Assembly (NCBI GenBank): GCA_964016885.1
Contig: OZ024742.1
Location: 40,362,001 to 40,426,000 of the forward strand
DNA: 64,000 bases
Direction of reading: 5' to 3'
DNA from: Eledone cirrhosa
Taxonomy: Eukaryota
This document shows, one piece after another, positions 25,926 through 40,387 of this stretch. Each line of letters opens with the position of its first letter. Position 1 is the first letter of the stretch. Made by a program: the position numbers and the translations under genes. The notes beneath the pieces were generated by a model that searched no databases, had not been told where the DNA came from, and was given only the letters and a program-made list of their open reading frames with translations.

Positions 25926-26644
25926 TGATATCCAATGATGTTGACTTGTTCTTCTTTTTGGTAAATATCATCTTGGTTAAGAGAGTGGGACTGGCCTTGT
26001 GCAGTGCCTTTGCTCACTATAAAAGCTTCACGGCACAGGCATTGCTTTATATCTGGAGATCTCTCTGCACTTGTCATCACATGGTACCATGGGCCCAGCA
26101 CTATGTGTCAATAATTGTCACAAGTGTAGTGTTTGTACCAGAGTTTTCAAGTCGCTGGCTGGACTAAAAAGTCACACTCGTTCAGCGCATCGGTAGGGGT
26201 TCTCCTACATGGATATAAAGTAGTGGCCGTACTCGAAGACGAGTTGGCAGCCACCATATATATATATGTATGCTTGAATGCATAAACATTTACATATGTG
26301 TGTGTGGGTATATATATATATGCTTGTATGCATAAACGTATACATATGTGTGTGTGTATATATGCTTGAATGTATGAGCGTATATGTGTGTGAGTGTGTA
26401 TGTGATTGTGAGTATTTGTATACATATAAATGTAGTATGTCACAGTATCTGTATTTATGTTAGTATGGGAATCCTTAGACAGAAGTAGGTCCCAGATTAC
26501 TAGGTTTCTTTCTTCACATTGAGCATGAAATAGATAGACAATAACGGTGTGTGTATTTATAATGAATATTATAGTAATATATATGTGTGCCTTTGTATGA
26601 TTTTATGCATATAAATATTCTAAAAATTTGCATATAATAGGCTT

Positions 26645-27135
26645 CAATTCGCTTTTCGTGTCAACCCTTACTTATGGTCATGAATCTTGGGTAATGACTA
26701 AAAGAATATGATCGTGGATACAAGTGGCTGAAATGGGGTTCCTCTGAAGGGTCTTTGGAATAACGTTACTCGATAAAGTGTGTAACTCGGAGATCAGAGG
26801 GTCACTCTAAGTAGAACCGCTACTTTTCCGAATTGAGAAATCACAGCTCCGATACTATAGGCATATGGTTAGAATGTCTTAGGAAATAATCGCTGGGCAG
26901 ATTTTACGCATAAAATCAGCCAGCAGGAGACCCGGGAGTAGACCTCGAGCAAGATGGTTGGATAACAGCCATGAGCTTGGCTGGTCTCACTTGGGGATCC
27001 AAACAGATCAGTTGGAGACAGTTGCTTCTGACAGGACCCACTGGAAGAACTGTTTGAGGACTCTGCCCCCACAATCCTCTCAGGAATAAGTGGGTGAAGA
27101 AGAAGAAGAAGAAGAAGAAGAAGAAGAAGAAGAAG
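26645..27135 (+). mobile_element. Degenerate RTE-clade 3' fragment with (GAA)n tail
   Basis: Translates to TLTYGHESWVMT...VAEMGFL. An inverse fragment lies at ~56140-56315. Confidence 0.7.
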
Positions 27136-28003
27136 CATATAATAGGTTGTCCTATTCTTTTGTATGCTTGTTCTGCCTCTTTGATGTACAGGACCTTAAG
27201 TGAATGCTGCCTTATTAGTTTATACGTTGGTGAAGTGTAGCATATCACCCCGCTTCTCACATTCTAAACCAATGTTAAACATCCTCCTATTTGACTACTA
27301 AATATTCCTCTAAAGTAACTGCAATATATATCTCATTTAATTAAATTACCAATAGATTTGTGATATCAATAATGATGGCAATAGCATTTAACATCATTTT
27401 TAGAATCCATGATTGGTATGCCATATATACCATGATTGTTTAATACATGAATAATCATACAAACTGGGAATTATGCATTTTGATAATTATGCTTGTATGA
27501 GTGAAACCCTATAGTTTATATTCATTACTATTACTGACATGTAGAAATGATTAAAGATAAGAATAATATTTTAATAATTTGTTTCTAGGATATAATTACA
27601 TAAATGTTCAGCATATGTGTACAAATAACATACAGGCTTAAACTTTGGAGAAATAACTATTTACAGAGACATGTGTAGAATCAGAACCTAAAACATTGTG
27701 ATTGGAAAATTTCTTACTTATTTTAGCCACATGACTGAGAAAGGAAATGCACTGTGTGCTTGTAGGCACGTATTTATGTTTATATAGTCAGGTCACTCTT
27801 CAACACTACTGGCAACATGTAACCCAGTACAACCCATGCATGGCCAGGTCGTCTGTGACTAAACCGGCAAGCTTGATATGTGACATTTTTTGTGATGTAT
27901 GGTATTGCTGGCCATAGGTGGCAAGCCCCTAGCAGGACTAAAAAGCTCATGCTTAAATATCAAGCGATGGCATTACTTGAAATTGAGTTGCAGCCATCAT
28001 GTA

Positions 28004-28034
<31 letters not shown>

Positions 28035-29284
28035 ATGTATGCTTTGAAGAATTACTGACAGAAATATATATAATTAAATATAAAAACACACATGGCATAT
28101 TATTATGGTTGATTACTCAGTTGCTATCAGATGCTTTTAGAATCTAAATAGGATTAGCTCTGTAAATTATTCACCAAATAAACAATATAATATAATCTAC
28201 TTCCTGAAGTATTGAATCTTTATTTTGTATTTTCAAACTTTTGAAAACAAAAAGAAAAATATCATAGATATGCATCTCGTCTCCTCTCAGCTATTCTTCT
28301 CATTGAACCATGGAAACATACTTATGCCAAATATCTTACTCCAACATCATTGTTTCCAATACAGTCTTCAGTCTGCTGTCTAATATAGGCACACATACAT
28401 ACAGACACAATGTGTTATTAATAGCTAAAAGAATAGACAGCAACTGAAGAAAGGACACATATAAGATAAAGTCAAATATTTATTTTTAAAATTTGACTGT
28501 AACTTCAAAGTCTTTATCGAATTTGGCTTATGAAACAGTTGCATGTGAAATAAAATAAAGTGGTTGGTGATAAGAAGGGCATCCAGCCATAGAATGTTTT
28601 CTAAGCAAAGAGTTGGGAAGGTGCTTCAATAGAGTCAAAGACATGACAACCTCCTTGAGCTTGTGTCACAACAAAAATCATTCAGAACGCGGAACCATAT
28701 GTAAGAAGACACAGCCCCACCCCAATCCCATCTGAGAGGTCAGTATCCCCTCATGTGTACTGACTTTGGCTGAGAACGCCCATTCAACCCTTGCTATGAA
28801 GAAAATATCTGAAGGTGTGAAAAAGAAAAAAAGAAAACAGTGCCCAATTGGGAAGAGAGCTGATATATTGTACTATTTATTTATGTTCAACAAAAGAACT
28901 ACATAAGGTTTTAAGGTCCAATATTGACCATATCTCCAGAATGTAAGAGGGAATAAAATTGTGACCTAATCTTTAGGCTCTTATACAAGTTTAGCAACAA
29001 TATTGGGCCTAGAAACTTGAGGTAACACTTTTGTTCCATATATGAACATAAATAAATAATATAATATATATGTTTATATATGTGTGTGTCAGGTTGCTCT
29101 CAAGCACTACTGGTAAGATGTAGCCCAATACAACCTGTCACATGGGTGTGTCTTCGGTGACTAAACTGGCAACCCCACCAAGCTAGCTTGGTGAGGAGGG
29201 TGATTTTGGACCCTCTGCAGGATGATGATGATGATATATATATATATATATATATGCTATCGTGGAAGAATGGACATAAAACGA

Positions 29285-29367
<83 letters not shown>

Positions 29368-30013
29368 CGTATTTGGTCTAAGAATAGGATGACATTAACA
29401 GTAGTGTAACAATTGGAATAGGTAGAAGAATTATAATCTGAAGGTTAGTACTTCAACATATGTCAAGATTAGAGAATATTCAAAACAACAAAATATACAT
29501 CTGCTTGTGTGTGCATGTGAACGTGTGTTCAGCTCATCATCATAAGGTTGTGCATTTGATTTCTAGCAATCCATTGTCTTTGAGCAAGACAATTTTTTTC
29601 ACATTGTTCCAATCCACTCAGTTTACAAAACTCAGTTGTACCAGTAAGTCAAAAGGCCAGCTTGGTCACACTGAATCTCCCTGAAAACTGCATTAAGGGA
29701 ACATCTGTCTGTGAAATACTAAGCATCTGAAATGTTAATTTTACAAGCAGATTGTTCTGTTATTCAAATATCTAGAACACATGATATCAGAAAAGACAGA
29801 GGATCAACATTAACATGTGCATGTATATATATATATATATGTTGCTTGTGTATAACATATGTGTAAATATATATATAACAATGAGTTATATGTTTTGTTG
29901 ATTATTCAACAAAGTTAATTTTACAAAAGATTAGAAGCACTCTACAAAGTTTGTCTGGAGTATCATTAATATTAAGAATATTAATAAATGGAAAATATCT
30001 TTAAAACCATATT

Positions 30014-30074
30014 TATTTTATTATACGTATTTCAAGGGTACTAATATTTAAGTACGGTTTCATCAGATAAAATA
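30014..30074 (-). ncRNA. Minimal type-I hammerhead ribozyme (same family as 20551)
   Basis: tattttat-CTGATGA-aa..gtact..agtac..tt-GAAA-tacgta-TA-ataaaata. The stem III palindrome changes from tatata to tacgta. Confidence 0.75.
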
Positions 30075-30076
30075 TA

Positions 30077-30267
30077 ATTGTTTCTACTTTTGGCACAAGG
30101 CCAGCAATTACCCAGTGTATTACTGGTACTTTATTTTATCGACCCCGTAAGGATGAAAGGCAAAGTTAACCTCGGCGGGATTTGAACTCAGAATGGCAAG
30201 GGCCGTAACTCAATGCGTCAACGCATGGCATCTGACTCTCTACCGATACTGCCAATCCACCGCCCTA
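30077..30267 (-). mobile_element. Meta-like SINE inserted beside a hammerhead
   Basis: 20-bp TSD ttcatcagataaaatataat at ~30059 and ~30273. Confidence 0.85.
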
Positions 30268-30465
30268 TATTATTCATCAGATAAAATATAATATTTGGTG
30301 TTAAGATAGTGACATATCTTCATGTGAACTTAATGGTATAAGTCCAGTGAAGATAGTGAATTGAAAAATTCAAAACTCATATATGATGCATGCGTATATG
30401 TATGTGTAAATATAAGATTTCTTTCAAATGAAATAGCTCTAGTCCTGTAGAAGCCATATCTATGT

Positions 30466-30873
30466 TACACTATATGGATCAGAAACATGGACCTTTTCTG
30501 TTGGTCTTGAAAGAGGTTGGATGGAGCATATACAAATCTGCTCAGAAGAATCAAAAACATAAGCTGGAGATCACACGCAACACTTGAAACCATCTATAGA
30601 GATTTGATTCCAACATCCCACAGACTCAAGCAAAAAAGACTACAGTTTACTGGTTACTGTCATCAAGCCGACAAAGAAATCATTTCATCTCTCCTTCTGT
30701 GCCATCCCTCTGGATGTGTCTATTCACAAAAACTGACTTTTCCAGACACCATAGCTCAGGACTCAGGGTTGGACATAAGGGATCAGGGGACAACAATGCA
30801 GGACCGAACAGTGTGGAAAGGGATTGTCAAGAGAGTTCCGACTGCCCACAGGAGTTGAAGGATGATGATGATG
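30466..30873 (+). mobile_element. RTE-group LINE 3' fragment (distinct family)
   Basis: LYGSETWT..LDGAYTNLLR.IKNISW..RLQFTGYC, then a (GAT)n tail. Confidence 0.7.
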
Positions 30874-30992
30874 TTACATTTGGTATATATTCTACTAATG
30901 TATTGAGTATTTCACTTACTGTGGTTATCCCCGATTGAACCCAGGACTCATATATATATATATGTATATATATATTTATATATATATATATG

Positions 30993-31031
<39 letters not shown>

Positions 31032-31110
31032 ATACTTGGGGAGGGTCATATTGTTGTAATAATATTGCCAGAAATAATAACAGAACACACTCACTGTTTG
31101 GTTGATTTTT

Positions 31111-31152
<42 letters not shown>

Positions 31153-31184
31153 GCACATATATATATGATGCATGTGTATATGTA

Positions 31185-31227
<43 letters not shown>

Positions 31228-31274
31228 ATGCTAGCGTGAAAGATAGACGTTAAACGATGATGATGATGATGATG

Positions 31275-31850
31275 ATAATAATAATGATAATAATGAAATA
31301 TTGTGTACAGTGCTCAGGTGCACTACAACTCATCAAAAAGTGTATGTATAGTACATAGGGTAATGTACAAATGTCAGGAAAATGAACAGTGCATGAGTCA
31401 TGATACACACATGTGTGCATGTGTATGGAAGGGGTACATCATGTGTAGTTTTGGCGTATTTCGGGAAGCATGAGTGTCTTAAAGGATGCAGTGTCTCGGC
31501 AGCTAACAACTGACGCAGGCAGTTTGTTCCATGCTTCAGCAACTCTGAACGTGAAAAAATGTTTACGAAAGTCATGGGAGCTGTGCTGTTTTCTGATTTT
31601 GTAGGCATGTCCATGTGTGTTAGAGACATGGAGATCAAAAAGGTGCTCAGGGTTGTTGTTGGTGAGATGGTTAATAACTTTGTGGGCGTTTACCAAGTCC
31701 ATTGCCAGACGTTGGAGCTTCAATGAATCCATGCCCAGGGAAGCAAGGCGTTCAGAGTATGGTAGGTGTCTGATGGAGGGTATGCGCTTGGTTGCACGTC
31801 TCTGAACAGTTTCCAGGTCAATGTTCTGAGCAAGATAGAGGTTCCAGACT
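31275..31850 (-). mobile_element. CR1-like LINE, 3' half
   Basis: VWN.Y...LETVQRRATKRIP...DL..HK..N...THGH.YK...RKHFFT.RV..WN.LP..VV...FK. Confidence 0.85.
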
Positions 31851-34473
31851 CATCATCATCATCATCATCACCGTTTTACGTCCGTTCTTCCACGCTAGCA
31901 TGGGTTAGACGGGTTGTCCTGTTGTGGGCAGTGTCTGGTCGGCTGACCATGCCTTGCTCATACAGGAACTGATCTGGCTTGATTTCTACAGCTGGATGCC
32001 CTTCCTAACACCAACCTCATTTACAGTGAGTGCTGGGTGCTTTTTCGTGGCGCCTACATGTCCACTTTACAGTGTGGGCTGGGTGCTTTTTTGCCGTGGC
32101 ACCTCCACGACCACCTTGCGGTGGGGGGGGGGGGCATATTGTTTATATGCTTCAGCATGTACCCATGGGAGGTCGGGTACCCTGTATTACTGCGTGACGC
32201 CAGAAGTCACGGTCGTGTGTCATTGACTTTGAGAGGTGTAGTTGGGTAAGGTCGGCTTTTATCACCTCATCCCAAGTCATCTTGGGTCTCCCCACTCCGC
32301 GGTTTCCATCAACTTCTAGTGCTCTGCACCTTTTTATGCAGCTGTCATCCTTCATACGCATCACATGTCCATACCAGCGTAACCGCCTCTCCTGCACGCA
32401 GCATTTGATTCCTCTTATGCTCAGTCTCTCTCTCAATTCATTTATGCTTTGTCGTTCACGTATATTACTGTTACACATCCATCGGAGCATGCAGGCTTCG
32501 TTTCTCTCTAATCTACGTAAGTCTTCCACCTTCAGCGCCCAGGTCTCACTACCATGCAACATCGCTGTTCGGATACACGCATCATACAGTCTGCCTTTCA
32601 TTCTGAGGGAGAAGCCTTTTGCAGCTAGCAGTGGTAGTAGTTCCCTAAACTTCTTCCATCCCGTTCTTACCCTAGTTATTGTACTTTCTGAGCACCCACC
32701 TCCGTTGCTAATTCGGTCACCTAGGTAGCAGAAGCTGTCTACTGTTTCTACAGGGCCCTCCCAGAGATTGGTGGTACTTGTTTCCTGTGGCTGTTTGCTT
32801 GCTGTTTCAGCACAGCTGCTGCATGTGAATCCTACATTCTTAATTAAGCTTCCTGAGATCCCGCTACATCTCTTGTGTACCCATTGTTTGCATTTGGGGC
32901 AAAGAATGGAGTTCCTACCTACACCTTTCCTACATACTGAGCAAGGCCATTTCCCTGAGGGGATCTGGGTTCTGTTTTCTCGTCTACTTATAAGGACCTT
33001 AGTCTTTGTCATGTTGACTTTGAGGCCCTTTCTCTCTAGTCCCTGCTTCCAGGTTTGGAATTTATCCTCTAGTTCTACCATAGATTCAGCTATGAGTGCG
33101 AGGTCATTAGCATACAGGAGTTCCCATGGGCATCCGGTCTTAAACTCCTCCGTTATTGCCTGCAGGACTATGATGAACAGGAGAGGGCTAAGAACAGAGC
33201 CCTGGTGGATCCCAACCTGTACGCTAAATTCCTCGCTATACTCATTGCCAATCCTAACTTTGCTGACTGCTCCCCTATACATGGCTTGTACCGCTTTCAC
33301 AAGCCATTCATCTACTCCTAGTTTTCTAAGAGCCCACCAGATTACTGCACGTGGAACTCTGTCAAAGGCTTTCTCAAGGTCGACAAATGCCAAGTAGAGT
33401 GGCTTACTTTTAGCTAGGTACTTTTCCTGTAATTGCCTCACAAGGAAGAGCGCATCAGTGGTGCCTTTCCCTGGTACAAACCCAAATTGCATCTCGTCTA
33501 TATTCACCCGGTCCCTAATCAGCTGTGCTATAACTCTTTCTGTTACTTTCATGACCTGGTCCATCAACTTTATACCTCTATAGTTTCCTCTATCTAGTGC
33601 ATCGCCTTTACCTTTGTAGCAGTTGACAATGATGCTACTGCACCAATCTTTTGGTATGGCCCCCTCTAGTATTACCTGGTTAACGATACGTGTGGTTATA
33701 GTGTGACCTACAGACCCAGATGCCTTCAGCATCTCGGCAGCTATACCCGATGGACCGGTTGCCTTCCCTATCTTCATATCTCTGATTGCCTTACTTACTA
33801 CGCTGCCGCTGACTTGTACTGCTGGTCCCTCTATAGGGTCTACCTGGGGTAGGGTCTCTTCTTCCCATGCATTCTCCTCATTTAGTAATCTATCATAATG
33901 ACTCTTCCATGCATATTTCTTCTCAGCACTTGTGAGGGCAAGCTCACCTTTATCATTCCGGATACACTTCTCTCCAATGACATCACAACTATCTCTGACA
34001 CACTGCCTCGCAATCTTGAATACCTCCTGTTTCTGGTCCTCACGTTGTAAAACATGCTTGAATTTTCTATCCTCTGCCTCCCTCCTAGCTAAGTATACTT
34101 GTCGCCTAGCTTCCCTCTTGGTCTCTATGTAATGTACCCTGCTCCCCCCGTTCTTCCATTCTTTCCATGCCTGTCTCTTGGCCTTGACTGCTTCATCTAC
34201 CTTATTGTTCCACCACCAAGTCACTCTCCTCCTGCTTGAGGTCTTACTCCAGCCACAAACCTCATCCGTCGCCTCTAGTAAGTTATTTTTTAGGAACTCC
34301 CAGTTCTCTTCTACGTTAAATGTCTCTATCTGTTCTTCTTTACTGTCGTAGGCGTTGAGTAAAATATCTTTAAATCTGTTACTGGTTGAGGGGACTTTCA
34401 GCTTCCAGATCTTTCTTCTCCAGGTTGGCCTCCGTTTCAGGGCTCGTCTAGTTCTGACCGTGAGGTCGCTGAC
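31851..34473 (-). mobile_element. 5'-truncated RTE-clade LINE, subfamily B
   Basis: Open frame 32152-34470 with RT motifs, but YAND replaces YADD. PHD-like insert, (GAT)n tail at 31851. Confidence 0.95.
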
Positions 34474-34840
34474 ATGATGATGCGAATTCCAAGTGTGGTC
34501 GTACCATAGCTGTATACAGTTTTAAATAGATGGCTGGAGAGCGGCTAACAAAGGTCTTGCTGAGTGATGCCAAGACACCCTCAGCCTTCTTGACAATCTT
34601 AGAGACATGCTTTGTCCAACGCAAATCGCTGCTGACAGTAATGCCCAGGTCACGTTCATAAGAGGACTTCTTGATATCAGTTGTGGAGGGAGTATGTGGA
34701 CGCTGGATTTTTCCTAAAAAAATGCATGGTGGTACACTTGTCCACAGCCAGCTTCAGTTGCCAGTCTGTGATCCATTACTGCATTGTGTCCAGGTCTGAT
34801 TGTAGGAAAGAGTTGTAGATTTCAGGATCAGTCCTTTTGA
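34474..34840 (-). mobile_element. CR1-like LINE, upstream half (split by RTE)
   Basis: LQSDLD...W..DWQLKL..DKC...ERDLGI.VSSDLRW..H...LYTAMVRPHLEFASS, which continues into VWN at 31850. Confidence 0.85.
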
Positions 34841-34851
34841 TGATGATGATG

Positions 34852-34894
<43 letters not shown>

Positions 34895-35451
34895 CTGTTT
34901 ATGAACCCTGTGCATATATTTGAATATGGTGGTTATTGCATTTTATTGAATTTAATGTTGTGCTTGTCTTTCCCTTGTGGCAACCCCCAAAAAGTGTATT
35001 GAAACAGTTTCTAGTACTATAGTTTCAACTTCATCTCACCACCACCACCACCACCATCACTAATATTACTTCCACCAAAACTATATATTTATGGCTTATA
35101 TTTAATAAAGCTGGTTGCCCACTTCAAATATTGCCATAAAATATAGATATAAAAACACTAACTAGCCAAATAAAGGAGGTGGTGGCGGTGGTGGTGGTGT
35201 AGAAGGATAAAGTAATTATTGGAAAAGAAATTTAGTTTACTGCATGATCTATGTATCTCTCTATTTAATTAATTTTCCTCTTCTGTTTTTACTCACATAT
35301 ATATTATAAACATATATATATATACACATATACACATTTATATATATGTATATACATACATATATATATATATATATACATACATATATATATATATGTA
35401 TATACATATATATATATGTATAAGTATACTTATGTATATGTGTATAAGTAA

Positions 35452-35535
<84 letters not shown>

Positions 35536-35815
35536 TACATATATATATATATATATATACACATATATGTCGAAACTTATATATATATAAATATACATAC
35601 ATGTATTTATATACATGTATTTAGATATAATTATATATATTCATATATATACTTATACACATATACATATGTCATACACACACGCTCATATATATATGTG
35701 TGTGTGTGTATAGGTACATATGCAAGTGTGAATATGTATAAATATAGTATGAATATAACTATGTGTGTGTGTATATATAAATATTAAACGAAGATGATGA
35801 TGATGATGATGATGA

Positions 35816-35865
<50 letters not shown>

Positions 35866-36212
35866 CAATTCGGTCAGCCAAAACGAAACTGACTAAAACT
35901 GCTAGTTTCAACAAATGTTACTGTCTCTATATTCAGTCAAGCATGTTGATTAAAGATGAACAACAATAAGAAATACTATGATAAAATGAGATAGCTCCCT
36001 ATTGTTTTCCAACCATGTACTTTTTAGACACCTCATGATTGTCAGTGTCTGGTATAACACTTTGATTAAATCCTGAATTCTGTGAGGGTGCCAGCAGAAT
36101 ATTTTCTTATTTACAGGCTACTTTGGCAGCAAATTGTCAGTCATTAGGGAGTCAGCATTTGTTCTGGGTCTCTTTGCTCCAAGTTTAAATCCTATTGAAT
36201 TTAACTTTCATT

Positions 36213-36556
36213 TTGACGCATAGAGTTACGGCCCTTGCTATTCTGAGTTCAAATCCCACCGAGGTTAACTTTGCCTTTCATCCTTACGGGGTCGATAAAA
36301 TAGAGTACCAGTAATGCACTGGGTAATTGCTGGCCTTGTGCCAAAAAGTAGAAACAATTATTATTTTCGTGAATTGGCAGTATCGGTAGAGAGTCGGACG
36401 CCATGCTTCCATCATAGTTACATCCCTTTACGGTCTGAGTTCAAATCCCGTCGAGGTTAACTTTGCCTTTCATCCTTACGGGGGTCGATAAAATAAAGTA
36501 CCAGTAATGCACTGGGTAGTTGCTGGCCTTGTGCCAAAAGTAGAAACAATTATTAT
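36213..36556 (+). mobile_element. Tandem pair of Meta-like SINEs
   Basis: Two head-to-tail copies, each ending agtagaaacaattattatt. Confidence 0.85.
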
Positions 36557-36574
36557 TTTTTTCTAAAGTCTGTC

Positions 36575-36812
36575 TTAAGCCAGAAGGCTTGTTAGGCTGG
36601 TGCTTATCCTGGTTTCATGGTGTGAAGTGAGTGAGAGTACAAGACACCCCCTGGACAGGATGCTAGTCCATCGCAGGTCAGTCCATTGCTGAATATACTT
36701 ACTGGAGCAATGTGAAATGAAGTGTTTTGCTCAAAAACACAACGCACAACCCAGCCCAGAATCAAACCCATGACATTATGATCGTAAGTTCAACACCCTT
36801 ACCATTAGGCCC
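36575..36812 (-). mobile_element. Older CORE-type SINE
   Basis: ctggagcaatgtgaaatgaagtgttttgctcaa motif plus tRNA-like end. Relatives at 18900-19145 and 60915-61020. Confidence 0.6.
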
Positions 36813-37426
36813 TATCTTTTCGGGGCCAATAAATAAGGGCAGTGGAATGGCAGAATTGCTAGATTTGAATATGATGCTCTAAAGCATCATATCTGACTCG
36901 TTGTATTCTGAGTTCAAATCCTAACTCACCATGTCAAAAGTTGTGACCAGCAGATAGTATCATAAATAGAAAGACCAATAAAAACAGTTTCCTTCTTTCA
37001 ATTTGATGATCAGCTCCTTTCCTTTTTTGTAAAGACAAATCATTGAGATAATAAATTATCTCATATATCCACAATATCTCTTGTAACTCCATGTATTTGT
37101 TTCCTTACATTTTGTTTCCATCTTATTTCATATTATTGCACCATATTTCTACTTAAGTAGGTTTCATATCTGGGGGGGAGATGATATGACATCACTTTTA
37201 AACTGATTTCTCAAGTACAAAAACAATGGTGTAAATGTTCTTGCTCTGGGTATGTGTGGATGTCTCTGTGATAGAGTGTGTGAGATCACACTTGAATACA
37301 TATGTAGGTATATTCCTATGTGTATACATATGTAGGCATATTTCTATGTGTATACATATGAAGGCATATTTTTATGTGTACATTAACTGATGTGTGCCTT
37401 AGTAGTGTATGTGTGTGTGTGTGAGT

Positions 37427-37457
<31 letters not shown>

Positions 37458-37470
37458 TGAGTGAGTGAGT

Positions 37471-37509
<39 letters not shown>

Positions 37510-38172
37510 CAAGCAAGCAGTGCTAAACAAAACAATGAATAAATTATGTGGTGGTGGACATAAATTCTATTATCATTTATTTTATTTTATCAACAAACGT
37601 ATTGAGTACTGTATACATCATATGTGTGAATATTTAATTGTATAGGTGTATACAAGAATGTACCATGAGTATTAGTCATTTGTATTATATAGTAACAATC
37701 CCTGAAGCTATGCTGGAGGCACATAGCTAGATATCTAATTATCTCCCCATGCTTCTTAATGCCCAGAAGAATGATCTTCCTTGCCATATAGCGAAACCAC
37801 ATCAATGCAAAATCTATGCTGACCAATTAGGAAATATGTACCATTCTCCATCTTGCCATACCATTTGTTGTTACTTGAAGTTGCATATTCTCTAATGGAA
37901 AGAGTTAACTGAAATACAGATAGAAGCACATGTCAAAACCTATAGTTTAAGGTCTATTTTTTCTTCAGCTCTGAATTAAATTATCTACACTTTTGATGTT
38001 GGATAATTTTTCTTCCATATATTGCTATTAACAAATGCATCCACACAAAATGTATAGGTATATATATTCATCATCATCATCACCATCAAGTGATTTTTTT
38101 TTCCTTCAAAAAAGTGTTTATATATACATATATATACCCCCCCCCCACACACACACATATATATATATATAT

Positions 38173-38310
38173 ATAATGTTGAAAGGGATAGAAGGCTAAA
38201 CAATGCATAATGGACTGTAAGATGAGGTTACAAAAAGTAAACGTTTAGCCTTCTATCTCTTTCAACGTTATATATTATATACGATGCTTCAAGCAATACT
38301 ATAACATTAT
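38173..38310. repeat. ~29-bp inverted repeat element in (TA)n
   Basis: gttgaaagggatagaaggctaaac / gtttagccttctatctctttcaac, followed by atgcttcaagcaa as at 4670. Confidence 0.75.
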
Positions 38311-38962
38311 ATGTGAGAAAAACCACAAACCCTCCATCTCAATTCTACTTTTGAGAAGCAGAAGAACTGTGAAACTGGTAAAGGAACCAAATAAATATAT
38401 ATATATTTTTTAAAAAGACTCCAGTTGCATTTTCGATTTCATCTTTTTTCCTTATACTTTCACTCGTGTAGGACACCTCGGGTTTTTTTCATTTTGTAAA
38501 AAAACCTCACTTTCTAATATATATATATATGGCAATGGTTTAGGGTTATCGTGTTGAGCTCTACTGATGAACGATTCCAACCGTGACCATCCCCATTGAA
38601 AGTTTCGTGAAATAATATTTTTAAGACTATATAGAGCATTTGAACTTTTTCGAAATTGAAGGATGAGTATTTAAACTTTATTTTATTCAGAGTTAAGGCT
38701 CTATTGATTTTTCCCTGGATTCCACAAAATTCTATGGATAAATCTATGTCTTGATTTTTTTTTAATTGAGTTTGAATTATTTTCCCACATCTTACGTTAA
38801 TTATTTTCCATTTTGATGTTATAGTTTCTTATATATATTATGAAATCCTGTTGGCTTCAGGCTCACAATAGTTTCTATACTTTCATTTATATATATATAT
38901 ATATACTTTAAAATATAGGGGATGAATAAAATAGGTATGAGACCCATTCATTACATATATAT

Positions 38963-39076
<114 letters not shown>

Positions 39077-39541
39077 AAAGAGAGAGAGAGACAGACAGAG
39101 AGAGAGATGTTATACATTTATTTATATCTCATGCATCCTTACAAACTATTATCAAGCATAAGAACTCCATCTTATAGATATCCATAAAGGTAAGAACAGG
39201 TATTATGTATCTGGTATCTGGTAGGTTATTTTTTATTATGAAGAAGTGATGGTTTTACATTTTATACTTCCATTTATTATCTTACATAAAACCTATTATG
39301 CATATTTCAAACACATTAAATTGTCACCATTTAATAATTAATTGTTTCTACTTTAGGCACAAGGCCAGCAATTACCCAGTGCATTACTGGTACTTTATTT
39401 TATCGACCCCCGTAAGGATGAAAGGCAAAGTCAATTTAATAATTAATGCCTTGTCCTCAGACAGATGCTGAAAATATAAACAATATTTTTGTTTTTGATA
39501 TGCCTGCTGTTGGAGAGATATTTTTCATTTGGGTTCCAGCA

Positions 39542-39577
<36 letters not shown>

Positions 39578-39579
39578 TG

Positions 39580-40328
39580 TGTGTTAGATTCGCCTACCAC
39601 AATGTTTGATTTGTCAAGCTATTTAAACGTATGTTATTACTCTAAGGCCCTATCTTATCGAATGCTTTGCTAACTCATCATTTCATATAAGTAGGCCGAA
39701 TTTACTTGCGAATTATATTATTCTCCTAGATTTAATAATTAACTAATTAATTTAATTAGACAATTCTGTTGATTAGTTAATTATTTGTGTTTGTTTTATA
39801 ACATCTAGTTGAGAGCTTATCATGATGATTAGCGGAAATTAAAATATTTCCTTTCCCTAACATTTTGAATGACCCGCCTAAAACCGGGGGTTATTTCCCT
39901 TACTGGAATTAACACGTGATAGCTATAGATACGATAAGCCGCATGTAGCAGCAACATATAATTTATCACTGCGGTCCTAGGCAGAACGAAAATCCTGTTG
40001 ATAAACTGAATCCTCCGTTCGATCACAAATACCACGAGCTTGCCAGTCACGTAAGTCTGATATTTGATTTCGGATTCAAAGAAACACTTTAAACGATTGA
40101 TCGTTTGATTGTCCAGGTGTACTTTTCTCAACCTGATTAGTTTTATCGTTACTTTGGTATGTATTATGTGTTAGATTTGCCTACCACAATGTTCGATTTG
40201 TCAAGCTATTTAAACGTATGTTATTACTCTAAGGCCCTATCTTATCGAGTGCTTTGCTAACTCATCATTTCATATAAGTAGGCCGAATTTACTTGCAAAC
40301 AGCCAGAGATTCGATTTTACTGATTTCC

Positions 40329-40330
<2 letters not shown>
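39580..40330. mobile_element. Unclassified element with 130-bp terminal direct repeats
   Basis: 39580-39709 is repeated at 40167-40296, plus a ~35-nt extension. Flanked by (TA)n. Confidence 0.7.

Positions 40331-40387
<57 letters not shown>

Noticed and set aside
32282-34132. Plus-strand ORFs of 66-209 aa (also the antisense ORFs over the other RTE copies)
   Set aside because: Antisense shadows of the RTE reading frame.
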